Source: Candidatus Woesearchaeota archaeon
GTDB taxonomy: Archaea > Nanobdellota > Nanobdellia > Woesearchaeales > GW2011-AR9
Length of the DNA: 64,000 bases
Assembly: GCA_016181265.1 (NCBI GenBank)
Contig: JACOZP010000008.1
Coordinates: forward strand, 132,583 to 196,582
Direction of reading: 5' to 3'
The stretch's first letter is position 1, and the number at the start of each line of letters is the position of its first letter. A program made the translations under genes and the position numbers. Under the pieces are notes generated by a model. That model was not told the origin of the DNA, did no database searches, and worked only from the letters and a program-made list of their open reading frames with translations. Positions 9,670 to 18,527 of this stretch are shown here, in pieces.

Positions 9670-10416
9670 ATGAAATTAGTCTTAGCAGAACCAAAATTTT
9701 TCAAAGATAGTATTAGTATCATCTCTGATTTAGTCACAGAAGCCAAATTTAAAGCTACTTCGGCAGGTCTGGAATTAGTGGCGATGGATCCAGCAAATGT
9801 AGCAATGGTCATCTTCAAGCTGTTAAGCAGCTCGTTTACGGAGTGTAAAGTTAAGGGGACAGAAGAGTTGGCAGTTAATCTCAATAATCTCAAACAGATC
9901 CTACGTCGGGCAAAGAGCGACGATATTGTAACTTTAGAGACGACAGATGACGCAAAATTGACCATCCAGTTCAAAAGTAACACGACACGTTCTTTTTCTA
10001 TCCCAACATTAGAATTAGATGAGAAAGAACAGAAAGTGCCGGAACTAACGTTTCCTCTCAGCGTGACGACTGATTCTTCAATCTTGACGGATTCGATCGA
10101 TGATGTTAGTGTTGTAGCGGAATCGGTAACTTTTCTAGGAGAGGCAAAAATGCTTTCAGTGAAAGCAGAAGGTGATCTTTCTAAAGCTTTTATTGAGATC
10201 GCTGCCGACGAGAGCACGACCATTAAAGCAGCAGGAGATACCAAATATAAAGCAAAATATTCTTTAGAGTATCTCAAGAAAATGGCAGCTGCAGGAAAAA
10301 TGGCGGATCAGGTGAGCTTGCAGTTCAATAATGATTATCCTTTGAAGTTAGAGTATAAAGTAACGGATAGATTGTTGATGAGTTTCATCCTTGCGCCGCG
10401 CGTTGATAATGATTAA
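9670..10416 (+). CDS. pcn: DNA polymerase sliding clamp PCNA
   Basis: 248 aa. MKLVLAEPKFFKDSISIISDLVTEAKFKATSAGLELVAMDPANVAMV matches the archaeal PCNA N-terminus. Confidence 0.9.
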   Translation: MKLVLAEPKFFKDSISIISDLVTEAKFKATSAGLELVAMDPANVAMVIFKLLSSSFTECKVKGTEELAVNLNNLKQILRRAKSDDIVTLETTDDAKLTIQFKSNTTRSFSIPTLELDEKEQKVPELTFPLSVTTDSSILTDSIDDVSVVAESVTFLGEAKMLSVKAEGDLSKAFIEIAADESTTIKAAGDTKYKAKYSLEYLKKMAAAGKMADQVSLQFNNDYPLKLEYKVTDRLLMSFILAPRVDND

Positions 10417-10433
10417 CTAGGAAGAAGGAAAGT

Positions 10434-10985
10434 TTATCTTTTCCGAAACTCATTGTCATTGAAGATCGGTTTGATCTGCTCATATTTATAGCGTCCTTCT
10501 TCGTCATAACCAAAAGAAGCTTTCTGGTTAAGTTTAAAGAAAACAGCGCGGAGAAGACGTAATTGAGGATAGAGAACAATATCGTGAGGCCCGTTGTTTT
10601 TTATTTCTAATGTCAACCTTCTTGGCTCAGTGCCAGAATCAGCAATCATTGCCGTTTGAACAACAGTTACACCTAGACGAGCAATCGTACTACGCCCTTC
10701 TAACATCATGCCAATGCTCCGAGAGAGACCGATTGTTTCAAAGGTATGGCCTAACACAAAATCGCCAGAACGTAACAAGTAGGGTTTATCTTCAGTCATA
10801 ATATGTTCTTCATACTCAGGAAGCTCTTTCTTTTTTAAGTCGATGACTTTATTGCCAATCGGCTTGAGAATCTTTTCACCAAGATGAAATGTTACACCCG
10901 CCGGACGGATCTGTTCTGGAAGAAAAGGATTGATGATAAGGTCACCATTGGCAAGAGCTGAGCGGATATCAATATCGGAGAGCAT
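10434..10985 (-). CDS. dcd: dCTP deaminase (dUTPase-fold)
   Basis: 183 aa. MLSDIDIRSALANGDLIINPF...IRPAGVTFHLG matches the Dcd N-terminus; VLGHTFETIG follows. Confidence 0.85.
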   Translation of the reverse strand: MLSDIDIRSALANGDLIINPFLPEQIRPAGVTFHLGEKILKPIGNKVIDLKKKELPEYEEHIMTEDKPYLLRSGDFVLGHTFETIGLSRSIGMMLEGRSTIARLGVTVVQTAMIADSGTEPRRLTLEIKNNGPHDIVLYPQLRLLRAVFFKLNQKASFGYDEEGRYKYEQIKPIFNDNEFRKR

Positions 10986-11349
10986 TGTTCTTCTTTAAAA
11001 TAGGAAATTATTTATAATTTCTCTCATTGAAATGAATTATGCCACTTTATGGAGAAGGGATCTTATGGTATATCCTGATTGTCGACTCTATTGGGTATAA
11101 TATTCTTTGTTGGACGAGGGGAAAATGGCATAAGAAGACGACTCATTGGCTCTCATCGTATATCCCGATGAATAAAGTGATGGGCTTATTGTATTTGTTT
11201 CTGCTGTTATGGATCGGAAGTGCCCTCGGACGGCTGGATATCTTGTCGTTCAAATAAAGAAGCAGGGCAGGATATAGGCGAATACCATAAAGAATATAAA
11301 ATAACCACCCTCTTTCTCCTAAAAACAATACTTTGAGGAGGTTTATGAG

Positions 11350-12060
11350 ATGGAACAAGAACAACAAGAACAAAAGCAAGCGAAAAGACCTGATTCTGAC
11401 CGCTTTTGGAAATTTGCAACAGTCGCACTGATCGTCGTACTGGCAGTATTTGCATTTCGGAGCAATGGAGGAAGTCCAGCAGCACCAACTGGAGGAGCTG
11501 TCGTAGATGGGCAAGTACCAACCGCAGCACCAGTTGATATGAAGAAGCTAGTTGATGATGATGATGTGCTGGGAAAAGCAAGCGCGCCGGTGACAATTGT
11601 AGAGTTTAGTGACTATGAGTGTCCTTTCTGTGTACGATTTCATACTGATACGTGGCCGCAACTAAAACAAAATTATATCGATACGGGAAAAGTAAAAGTT
11701 GTTTACCGTGACTTCCCATTGAGCTTCCACCAGAATGCACAAAAAGCAGCAGAAGCAGCTGAGTGTGCTGGATCGCAAGGAAAGTATTGGGAGATGCATA
11801 ACCTTCTCTTCACGAAAGGAGTGGAAGGAGGTATAGCAACGTTTAAACAGTACGCGCAAAGCTTAAGCTTGGATACAGCAAAATTTAACCAATGTCTTGA
11901 TTCCGGCGAGAAAGCAAGTGAAGTACAGAAAGATATGGCAGATGGCGCTGCGGCGGGAGTCCAGGGAACTCCAAGTTTCTTCGTCAATGGAGTACCAATC
12001 TCGGGCGCGCAACCATATTCGGTCTTCCAACAAGTGATTGATGCGGCTTTGGCAGAATAG
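11350..12060 (+). CDS. DsbA-like thioredoxin-fold thiol:disulfide oxidoreductase (exported or anchored)
   Basis: 236 aa. N-terminal TM/signal anchor, then IVEFSDYECPFCVRFH with a CPFC active site. DsbA-family C-terminus (GTPSFFVNG). GGAGG SD-like sequence 9 nt upstream. Local GC about 50-55%, higher than flanking genes. Confidence 0.8.
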   Translation: MEQEQQEQKQAKRPDSDRFWKFATVALIVVLAVFAFRSNGGSPAAPTGGAVVDGQVPTAAPVDMKKLVDDDDVLGKASAPVTIVEFSDYECPFCVRFHTDTWPQLKQNYIDTGKVKVVYRDFPLSFHQNAQKAAEAAECAGSQGKYWEMHNLLFTKGVEGGIATFKQYAQSLSLDTAKFNQCLDSGEKASEVQKDMADGAAAGVQGTPSFFVNGVPISGAQPYSVFQQVIDAALAE

Positions 12061-12169
12061 AGATAGATATTTATTTTTTTATTTTTATTAGCTTTCTAGA
12101 ATACGTTTTATACAAAGTCAAGATAATAGAAAAACTAAAGAAGAGAAAAATAAGAATGTTTAAAACAAA

Positions 12170-12721
12170 TTATTTTAATCTAATCTTTATTCCAACAGCA
12201 TCCCCGAGTTGTTCTTTCTTCTCACGGATATGCCGTTTGACATGATGTTTTAGTGGGTGTAGGTACTGCGCATCAAAGGACCAGCGATCTGGCCCATTAC
12301 AGAAAATGGAGATGCAAATGATGAGCAGACCAAGATCACGGATAGCAATGTCATTATAACCCAAACCGATGATGACAAAAAGAAGATGAAGTGTCGCAAC
12401 AAATGAGGTAAGACGGGTGAGAAAGCCAGCAAGGAGAAAGAGCCCAACAGTAGTATCAAACAGACCGTTGAGAAAGATAATTGTTAATGGCTGAAGAGGG
12501 ATGAGTTTCGTAAATCCAGGAAGGTAGCCGAGGAAAGTTTGTCCATTAAAGATCTGGATCATCCCGAACCAGAAGAAAACCACGCCAATACCAATTCGAG
12601 TGATAAAAGGAGCATACTGTTGATAACGATCTAGATGGACCATGGTTTTGAAAAATAGAGTTTCAAGTTTATATTCTTTACGGTTAAAGTCAAAAGAATT
12701 ATAAGAAAATACTGTTTCCAA
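12170..12721 (-). CDS. DoxX-family membrane protein
   Basis: 183 aa, 4 TM. RIGIGVVFFWFGMIQIF and overall DoxX-like topology. Confidence 0.5.
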   Translation of the reverse strand: METVFSYNSFDFNRKEYKLETLFFKTMVHLDRYQQYAPFITRIGIGVVFFWFGMIQIFNGQTFLGYLPGFTKLIPLQPLTIIFLNGLFDTTVGLFLLAGFLTRLTSFVATLHLLFVIIGLGYNDIAIRDLGLLIICISIFCNGPDRWSFDAQYLHPLKHHVKRHIREKKEQLGDAVGIKIRLK

Positions 12722-12724
12722 AAA

Positions 12725-13258
12725 GTGATGAATAATTGGATATTTTCTTTGTTAAGAGCATTAAAAGAGGTATATTCCAGGAAGCAGTATTATATTTATT
12801 CTTTACTCTTTGCGCTCTTTATCTTTTCTCTTAATCCGCTGCTACGAAATTATAAGCTACTCAAAGCACAATTCTCTTGGTTGTTGGTATTGCAGTTAAT
12901 ACTAGCATCACCAGTTACCTCAGGAACAGTACCATTCGTATTGCTGACTATTCTTTCAATCTTATCAGGAATAGTCATGGCGTTTAGTGTTTATGTGATC
13001 CGACGACAGATTTCACAAGGAGTAAATCTCGGTCTGACGGGTGTAATTATAGGGATCGTAGCACCCGCTTGTCCTTCTTGTGCATTAGGCATCTTTGGGG
13101 TGCTTGGTCTGGGAGGGTTACTAACCATTCTTCCGTTTAAGGGATTAGAACTGGGATTTTTAGGTATATTCCTTCTGATCATTTCATTATTATATCTAAG
13201 CAAGAAGATTGAAGCAAAAGTTTGTGTTTTACCACTGAAGAAAGGAAGGAAGAGATGA
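12725..13258 (+). CDS. Membrane protein with intramembrane CPSC (CxxC) motif
   Basis: 177 aa, about 4-5 TM. GIVAPACPSCALGIFGVLGLGG lies in a predicted helix. No identifiable family. Confidence 0.4.
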   Translation: MMNNWIFSLLRALKEVYSRKQYYIYSLLFALFIFSLNPLLRNYKLLKAQFSWLLVLQLILASPVTSGTVPFVLLTILSILSGIVMAFSVYVIRRQISQGVNLGLTGVIIGIVAPACPSCALGIFGVLGLGGLLTILPFKGLELGFLGIFLLIISLLYLSKKIEAKVCVLPLKKGRKR

Positions 13259-13272
13259 AGAAAAGAGGAGAC

Positions 13273-13626
13273 TTACTGCATTAGGCAGCCTGTCTTTTGA
13301 GAAAGATCTTCTAAGCTTACTGTTCCTTCTAGACGCGTACCATTTTCTAATTCCCACGTAGGGTATCCTTTAATTTCTTTCTTTACACAGTACTCAGTCT
13401 GGGTACTGCCGTCGGGTAGAGAACATTCAACATAGTTAATGTATTGGAAACTACTGCCAAACATTTCTTTTTGATCTTTGCAATGAGAACACCAAAAAGC
13501 ACCATACATGGCTACACCTTTTTCAGTAAGGCAAGATGCGAAATAGTCATACTTTGTGCTGTTTGACGAACAACCGATAAGGAAAATGAGAGAAATGAGG
13601 ATGAAAAAGATTATGAGCGGTCTCAT
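13273..13626 (-). CDS. Thioredoxin-like lipoprotein (VKOR-associated-Trx-like domain; WCSHC active site)
   Basis: 117 aa. Signal peptide with lipobox-like LIGC. YGAFWCSHCKDQKEMFG...INYVEC...GYPTWELENG resembles the periplasmic Trx-like domain fused to bacterial VKOR homologs. Confidence 0.6.
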   Translation of the reverse strand: MRPLIIFFILISLIFLIGCSSNSTKYDYFASCLTEKGVAMYGAFWCSHCKDQKEMFGSSFQYINYVECSLPDGSTQTEYCVKKEIKGYPTWELENGTRLEGTVSLEDLSQKTGCLMQ

Positions 13627-13703
13627 TGAAGTTAGAAGAAATCACTGTTATTTAAATGTTATGAGCTACTAAGAGTAGCGGTACCATGGTTTTCTGGTTA
13701 TCC

Positions 13704-14207
13704 CTACATAAAGCCGAGTCGTCTTCCGCGGGTTGAGTTCGCTTTCTTGATTCCTTCTATAGTCTCTTCAAGAGAATAGCACCATGGCTCGAGTACTACA
13801 CATACACGAGGGAGATCAAAGAGAACAGGTTCATAAAGATGAAGATAAGGAGGAGTATTGGTCGCTTCGGTGTGATAGAAGAAAGCGACGCCTTGTCCAT
13901 GTTGGGGAAGATGATTCCTCTCCTGAAGAAGAATGGTGCGATTATACTTTGTTTGGAGAGCCCTCATCTCCCAGGGTGATGCTTTTTTTATAGTAGAGAA
14001 TGAATGTTTACCGGGTTGGAGAGAGCCGTTAAGATAGTAGTCAAAAACGTTCCCGTGAATACCATCGATGATTATCTTGAATAGTTTTTCACCTTGCACC
14101 CCCGGCTGGAGATGAAATTCGAGACGGACACCATCTTCGCAGTAGAAGGGGGATTTCACCCGGTACAATAGGTCTCGAGGAGCGAGGGGTTCTTTTTCTT
14201 TGGTCAT
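13704..14207 (-). CDS. Hypothetical protein
   Basis: ORF 13704-14279. The start at MTKEKEP (14207) abuts the ribL stop. No recognisable motifs. Confidence 0.35.
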   Translation of the reverse strand: MTKEKEPLAPRDLLYRVKSPFYCEDGVRLEFHLQPGVQGEKLFKIIIDGIHGNVFDYYLNGSLQPGKHSFSTIKKASPWEMRALQTKYNRTILLQERNHLPQHGQGVAFFYHTEATNTPPYLHLYEPVLFDLPRVCVVLEPWCYSLEETIEGIKKANSTRGRRLGFM

Positions 14208-14208
14208 A

Positions 14209-14625
14209 TTATTTTCTTTCTTCGATGAGCTTGCGAAGGAAACTACTTTTTTGAGACTCTGATTTAAATGGTTTTGCACGGACTATCGTAGGATAGAGGT
14301 TACGTGATTGAAGTTCATCGGTTAATTTTTCTTCTGCTATCTGATGGTCGTAGCCGAGACAAATGACATCTGGCCTTTTTTCACAGATAATTTTAAAGTG
14401 ATCATTCTGATCGCCAAGAATTGCCTCATCGACAAGGCGTAAGGATTGGACTAGTTTTAACCGTTGCTGTTCGTTAAAGATGATCGGTTTTTTTTGCTTT
14501 TCTTTTGTCTTATCGCGAGCAATGACAACAAGCAAGTAATCACCATATTCTTTAGCTTGTTCAAAGTAGTTGAGATGACCAAGATGCAAGAGATCAAATG
14601 TCCCGAAGCACATGACGGTTTTCAT
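14209..14625 (-). CDS. ribL: FAD synthetase (FMN adenylyltransferase), archaeal RibL type
   Basis: MKTVMCFGTFDLLHLGHLNYF (HxGH nucleotidyltransferase motif). VIARDKTKEKQKKPIIFNEQQRLKLVQSLRLVDEAILG resembles archaeal RibL. The longer ORF start (14694) would overlap the upstream gene. Confidence 0.7.
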   Translation of the reverse strand: MKTVMCFGTFDLLHLGHLNYFEQAKEYGDYLLVVIARDKTKEKQKKPIIFNEQQRLKLVQSLRLVDEAILGDQNDHFKIICEKRPDVICLGYDHQIAEEKLTDELQSRNLYPTIVRAKPFKSESQKSSFLRKLIEERK

Positions 14626-14626
14626 T

Positions 14627-16747
14627 TTAGATTTTTTTGGGAATAAGTGTGGCTTGGTGGATGAGGAGGGTGGCAGTATTCTTTTTTTCTTCAATGATCT
14701 CGGCGCTTTGGATCTTTATCTTTTTCTGAAAGAGAGGGCAATCTAATACCACCGATTCAAATTCACCACCCTCACCAGCGATGTTGAGGTATGTTTTCTC
14801 ACGAATCTTTTTTAAGCGTTCAATATCAATCTTAGTGATTGGTCGGTTTAGCCAAGACTTATCTAAGCCCTCCGCAGCAACGGCGGTAAAGATGATTTCA
14901 AATCCAGCATGAAACAGTTCTTCCATATGAGCATCTGGCTGCTTATGCCATAGAGGAGAAAATATCTTAAGACCGAGATTATCACAAATCTTTTCGATGC
15001 GATCACGTTGGTACGTCGAGAATAAAGCTCCACTGACAATCCCATCAATGTGATATTGTTCTTTAGCTTGCCGGAGAGCTTTCTCTAGATCGAGAAGCTC
15101 GATTTCTTTTTCTCCTGTTGTTTCTTGAATGATAAGCGGCAGTTCCATTGCCTGTGCTTGTAATTCCACTATCTCTACACCTGCACTTTGGAACATATAG
15201 GAATGAGAGTTCTGGGATTTTAATGTGATAAGACAAGTTAAAGCATAGTTTTGTTGTTTCATGATGTAGGCTGCAGCAGTGGAATCTTTGCCTGAAGAAA
15301 ACAGGACGCCAAGTTTAAGGTTTGGTCTAGGGTAGAATTGTTGGAGGTATGTTGACTTACTGGTGTAGCCTTGTTTTTTGGAAAGACGTTCGATAGCGTT
15401 ATCGATGCGTGAGCCGTACTGGGCGGCAACTTTTCTACGAAAAGCAAATTCTTCTGGAATGCCTTCTTTTTGTGCGATCGTACGGAGAATAATTTTAGTG
15501 TGTAAATCATCGATCTTATATTTAGGTGGTATCTTAAGTGAATATGTAATCAATTCTTTATCAAGATAAGGTAAACGAAGTTCAAGATTATTGTCCATAG
15601 TGAGGACATCGTCTCGATAGAGATCTCGTTCGTAGAGCTTGATCAACCCAGAAACACATTCTTGATTGATATTAGCGGATTGCTTATGCCGTTCATAGCC
15701 AGCAAAGATCTCTTCGCTGCCGAGACCGGAGAAGATTACTTTACAGCCGTCTTCTTTAGCCATCTCACAAGCAAGATAAAAAGTAAGAGCAACGCCAACT
15801 TTAGTGACATTGGAATCTTCGATAAGAGGGACTATTTTTTGAAGGAGGGGGGGGATTTCATCTATCTTCACTTTTTTGATCTTTAAGTTTAAGTGTAGTT
15901 GTTGCGCGATCTCCTGTGCGGCGAGCAGATCAGAGGGGGGAACGGTGTCGTTATCGAGGACAGCAGTATAGCACGTAAACTCATAGTCGCGATCTTTAAG
16001 GAATTTAGCCAGATACGTGGAGTCGATTCCTCCAGAGAAGAGAACGCCAAATTTCTGTTGAGGGATGCGTTTCTCTATAGCTTGATGGAGTAATTCTGTG
16101 GTTCTCTCCCTAATCCGTTGGATATCTTCTTGATGTTCAGGAAGGTAGTGGAAGAAATTGCGTCGTTGGATAGAATAAGTATTTGTTGAAATAGTGTACC
16201 GAAGTATAGACCGCGGGTTGAGTTCTTGGATATCAGTGAAACCTATTTTTTCTAATACTTTTTTTTCAGAGGCAAAGGCAAAAGAACCGTTGGTATGGGT
16301 AAACCACAATGGTTTCTCTCCAAGTATGTCACGAATAAGGGTGACGGTATCTTTTTTCCAGTAAGCGGCGGCGTAGACGCCGTCGAGTTCGTCTACTTTT
16401 TCAGTGCCGAACTTTTCAAAGAGTTGAAGAAGGAGATCGGCATCGTTTCGGGCTTTGAGACTAAATTTTTTTGCTAACTCTTTCCAATTATAGATCTCAC
16501 AATTAGTTGAAAGAACACCTTCTCGTCGTAGCGGTTGGGACACGTGATCGACAACGGCATGGAGGGTATGGCCAAGAAGGTGATTACCTTTGATCAAAGG
16601 AAGGTCCCGGAGGGTTGGATTGGTGACGATTTCTGTTTCGGAAGCGACACCACAGCCATCTTTTCCACGGTTATGTAACGAGGCTAACGCTGACCTAATC
16701 TTGTCCTTTGCGTCCGGATGGTTAAAGATGCCAATGATGCCACACAT
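14627..16747 (-). CDS. Three-domain fusion: class-II glutamine amidotransferase + asparagine synthetase (PP-loop SGGIDS) + C-terminal MJ0570/Dph6-like diphthine-ammonia ligase domain (PP-loop SGKDS, EGGEFES)
   Basis: 706 aa continuous ORF. MCGIIGIF N-terminal nucleophile. FSGGIDSTYLAKFL AsnB PP-loop. C-terminal about 230 aa: LFSSGKDSTAAAYIMK...DGIVSGALFSTYQRDRIE...IAGEGGEFESVVLDCPLF aligns closely to MJ0570-type diphthine-ammonia ligase. Confidence 0.75.
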   Translation of the reverse strand: MCGIIGIFNHPDAKDKIRSALASLHNRGKDGCGVASETEIVTNPTLRDLPLIKGNHLLGHTLHAVVDHVSQPLRREGVLSTNCEIYNWKELAKKFSLKARNDADLLLQLFEKFGTEKVDELDGVYAAAYWKKDTVTLIRDILGEKPLWFTHTNGSFAFASEKKVLEKIGFTDIQELNPRSILRYTISTNTYSIQRRNFFHYLPEHQEDIQRIRERTTELLHQAIEKRIPQQKFGVLFSGGIDSTYLAKFLKDRDYEFTCYTAVLDNDTVPPSDLLAAQEIAQQLHLNLKIKKVKIDEIPPLLQKIVPLIEDSNVTKVGVALTFYLACEMAKEDGCKVIFSGLGSEEIFAGYERHKQSANINQECVSGLIKLYERDLYRDDVLTMDNNLELRLPYLDKELITYSLKIPPKYKIDDLHTKIILRTIAQKEGIPEEFAFRRKVAAQYGSRIDNAIERLSKKQGYTSKSTYLQQFYPRPNLKLGVLFSSGKDSTAAAYIMKQQNYALTCLITLKSQNSHSYMFQSAGVEIVELQAQAMELPLIIQETTGEKEIELLDLEKALRQAKEQYHIDGIVSGALFSTYQRDRIEKICDNLGLKIFSPLWHKQPDAHMEELFHAGFEIIFTAVAAEGLDKSWLNRPITKIDIERLKKIREKTYLNIAGEGGEFESVVLDCPLFQKKIKIQSAEIIEEKKNTATLLIHQATLIPKKI

Positions 16748-16802
16748 ATATCCTCTGTTCTACGGAATGTTTATAAATATTTCACTTCTTTTTAGTGGTG
16801 CT

Positions 16803-17321
16803 ATGGATGATGAAGGGAAATTGATCGAGTTAGATGCGTTTAGACAGCGTCAACAAAGAGCTCTCAAAAGAAACGGGCTAAAAGAGAAAGTGTTGAAAAG
16901 AGGAGCAGTGCTTGTGCTTAGCGGGATAAGTGCTGGCTTTCTTTTTTTAGCGGGATATGGGACCTATAAACTCTTCTCCTCGGAACCAGTTCCTCGCGCT
17001 GTTCATCATGATGCTAGTACGGATTATCAACCGGCGCAAATTGAGAAAGTTTTTCTTCCGCCTAACGTAGAATTAATCCACTATACTCCAGAGCAAACTC
17101 AACGAGAAGGAGTGGTCATTAATTATTCAGGATATCGTATCTCTTACATAGACACGGACGGGGATCATACGGTAGATCAAATTATAATTGATGATACTAC
17201 AAGTTCAGGATTTTCTCCGTTAGAAAAGAAAGTAGAGATCATGCCGATTGGTTCTGTTCATTTTAAGTATGGGACGGAATTGTTGAGAGGAGAACGAGAG
17301 AGATATTTTAGAGAACATTAA
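16803..17321 (+). CDS. Hypothetical single-pass membrane protein
   Basis: ORF 16590-17321. The upstream part overlaps the asnB-like gene on the other strand, so the start is placed at MDDEGK (16803). One TM (AVLVLSGISAGFLFLAGYG). Confidence 0.35.
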   Translation: MDDEGKLIELDAFRQRQQRALKRNGLKEKVLKRGAVLVLSGISAGFLFLAGYGTYKLFSSEPVPRAVHHDASTDYQPAQIEKVFLPPNVELIHYTPEQTQREGVVINYSGYRISYIDTDGDHTVDQIIIDDTTSSGFSPLEKKVEIMPIGSVHFKYGTELLRGERERYFREH

Positions 17322-17343
17322 AGGTCACAATCAAAAATAAGAT

Positions 17344-18441
17344 CTATCTCACATGCAATTCTAAGATATCTCCATCCTGCATGATATGATGAAGCATGTG
17401 TCTTTGCCCGGGAAATTTTGCTGACTTCCCCCAGACGCGACAGAATTTAAATTTCTTAAGAAAGTCTTTGTGCAGCTTGTTACAGATGTCCCCGACGGAT
17501 GAGCCGCTGGTGACAATCATCGGCTCGTTCATGTCAGCATCTTTCTTTGGTTCTTTCATGTAGACGCGAATGAAATTTAGTTTCTGAAAGATCAATTCTC
17601 GAAGAGTATTAATATTGATGTCGGCTTCAGCAGAGACAACAATATCGGCATTGATCTCTTGTTTAACACGCTCTACTTGATCCGCAGTGGCAAGATCAGC
17701 TTTACTGATACACGTGATTGCAGGGAGATATTTTTTGCTCCCTTCAATGCAATCGATGAGATCATCTACATTGATGGGACTGCGGATAAGAATGTTAGCA
17801 CTATTGATCTTGAATTCACGGAGAATTTGGGCAATAGTCGAATCGTCGATGTCGAGCGCAACGGTCTTGCCTATTTGGATGCCGCCGCGTGCTGTTTTTT
17901 TGATGAAGACTTCCGGCCTAGTCTTATTGAGACGGATACCGGATTCCCAGACTTCACGAAGAATGGCGGGATGATGTTCGGGATGATTAACGTCGATAAC
18001 CATGAGGACAAGATCAGCGTTGCGGATGACGGCAAGTACTTCTCGACCTCGTCCACGACCGGAGGCAGCGCCACTGACAATACCGGGAACATCTAAGATC
18101 TGAATTTTAGCTTGTTTGTATTCCATAACTCCGGGAATGACACTTAATGTAGTGAACGCATAGGCAGCGACTTCGGAGTGGGCACCGGTGAGCTTGTTGA
18201 GTAGAGTAGATTTTCCTGCCGAGGGAAAGCCGAGCAGGAGAACGGTGGCATCACCGGATTTACGGACAGCATAACCATGTTCCGACTGCCCCGTCTTTTG
18301 CTGAACACGTGAGTCTTGCTTCTCTTTGAGCATAGCCAACTTGGCTTTGACGAGACCAATATGGCCTTGTGTCGCTTTGTTGTATTTTGTCTTCTTCAGC
18401 TCGTCTTCCAATTCTTTGATCTTATCTTTATAATCGGGCAT
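17344..18441 (-). CDS. Developmentally regulated GTP-binding protein (DRG/Obg-family GTPase with C-terminal TGS domain)
   Basis: 365 aa. GFPSAGKSTLLN G1 motif. DVPG G3 motif. N-terminal KATQGHIGLVKAKLAMLK DRG-specific helix. TGS-like C-terminus. Confidence 0.85.
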   Translation of the reverse strand: MPDYKDKIKELEDELKKTKYNKATQGHIGLVKAKLAMLKEKQDSRVQQKTGQSEHGYAVRKSGDATVLLLGFPSAGKSTLLNKLTGAHSEVAAYAFTTLSVIPGVMEYKQAKIQILDVPGIVSGAASGRGRGREVLAVIRNADLVLMVIDVNHPEHHPAILREVWESGIRLNKTRPEVFIKKTARGGIQIGKTVALDIDDSTIAQILREFKINSANILIRSPINVDDLIDCIEGSKKYLPAITCISKADLATADQVERVKQEINADIVVSAEADININTLRELIFQKLNFIRVYMKEPKKDADMNEPMIVTSGSSVGDICNKLHKDFLKKFKFCRVWGKSAKFPGQRHMLHHIMQDGDILELHVR

Positions 18442-18527
18442 TGCTATCTCAAATAGAGGGGGTGTTTTTTAATGTTTGTGCTGAGAAGTGTTAGAGAGAG
18501 AACCATTCTCCACCATAAAATGGATAA

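Noticed and set aside
11039-11596. ORFs 11039-11257 (+), 11143-11514 (-), 11207-11596 (-)
   Set aside because: The minus-strand ORFs are antisense to the DsbA-like gene and low-complexity. The 72 aa +strand ORF sits in the divergent promoter region and has no support beyond hydrophobicity.
12725-13258. Idea that the CPSC membrane protein is a VKOR homolog
   Set aside because: It lacks the conserved VKOR loop cysteine pair and the TYA motif. Only the CxxC is present, so it is left as an unclassified CxxC membrane protein.
13704-14279. Assigning 13704-14207 to Tpt1/KptA, Nudix or AIG2-like families
   Set aside because: None of the diagnostic motifs (Tpt1 HGT/RxxSK, Nudix box, AIG2 YGTL) is present, so it is left as hypothetical.
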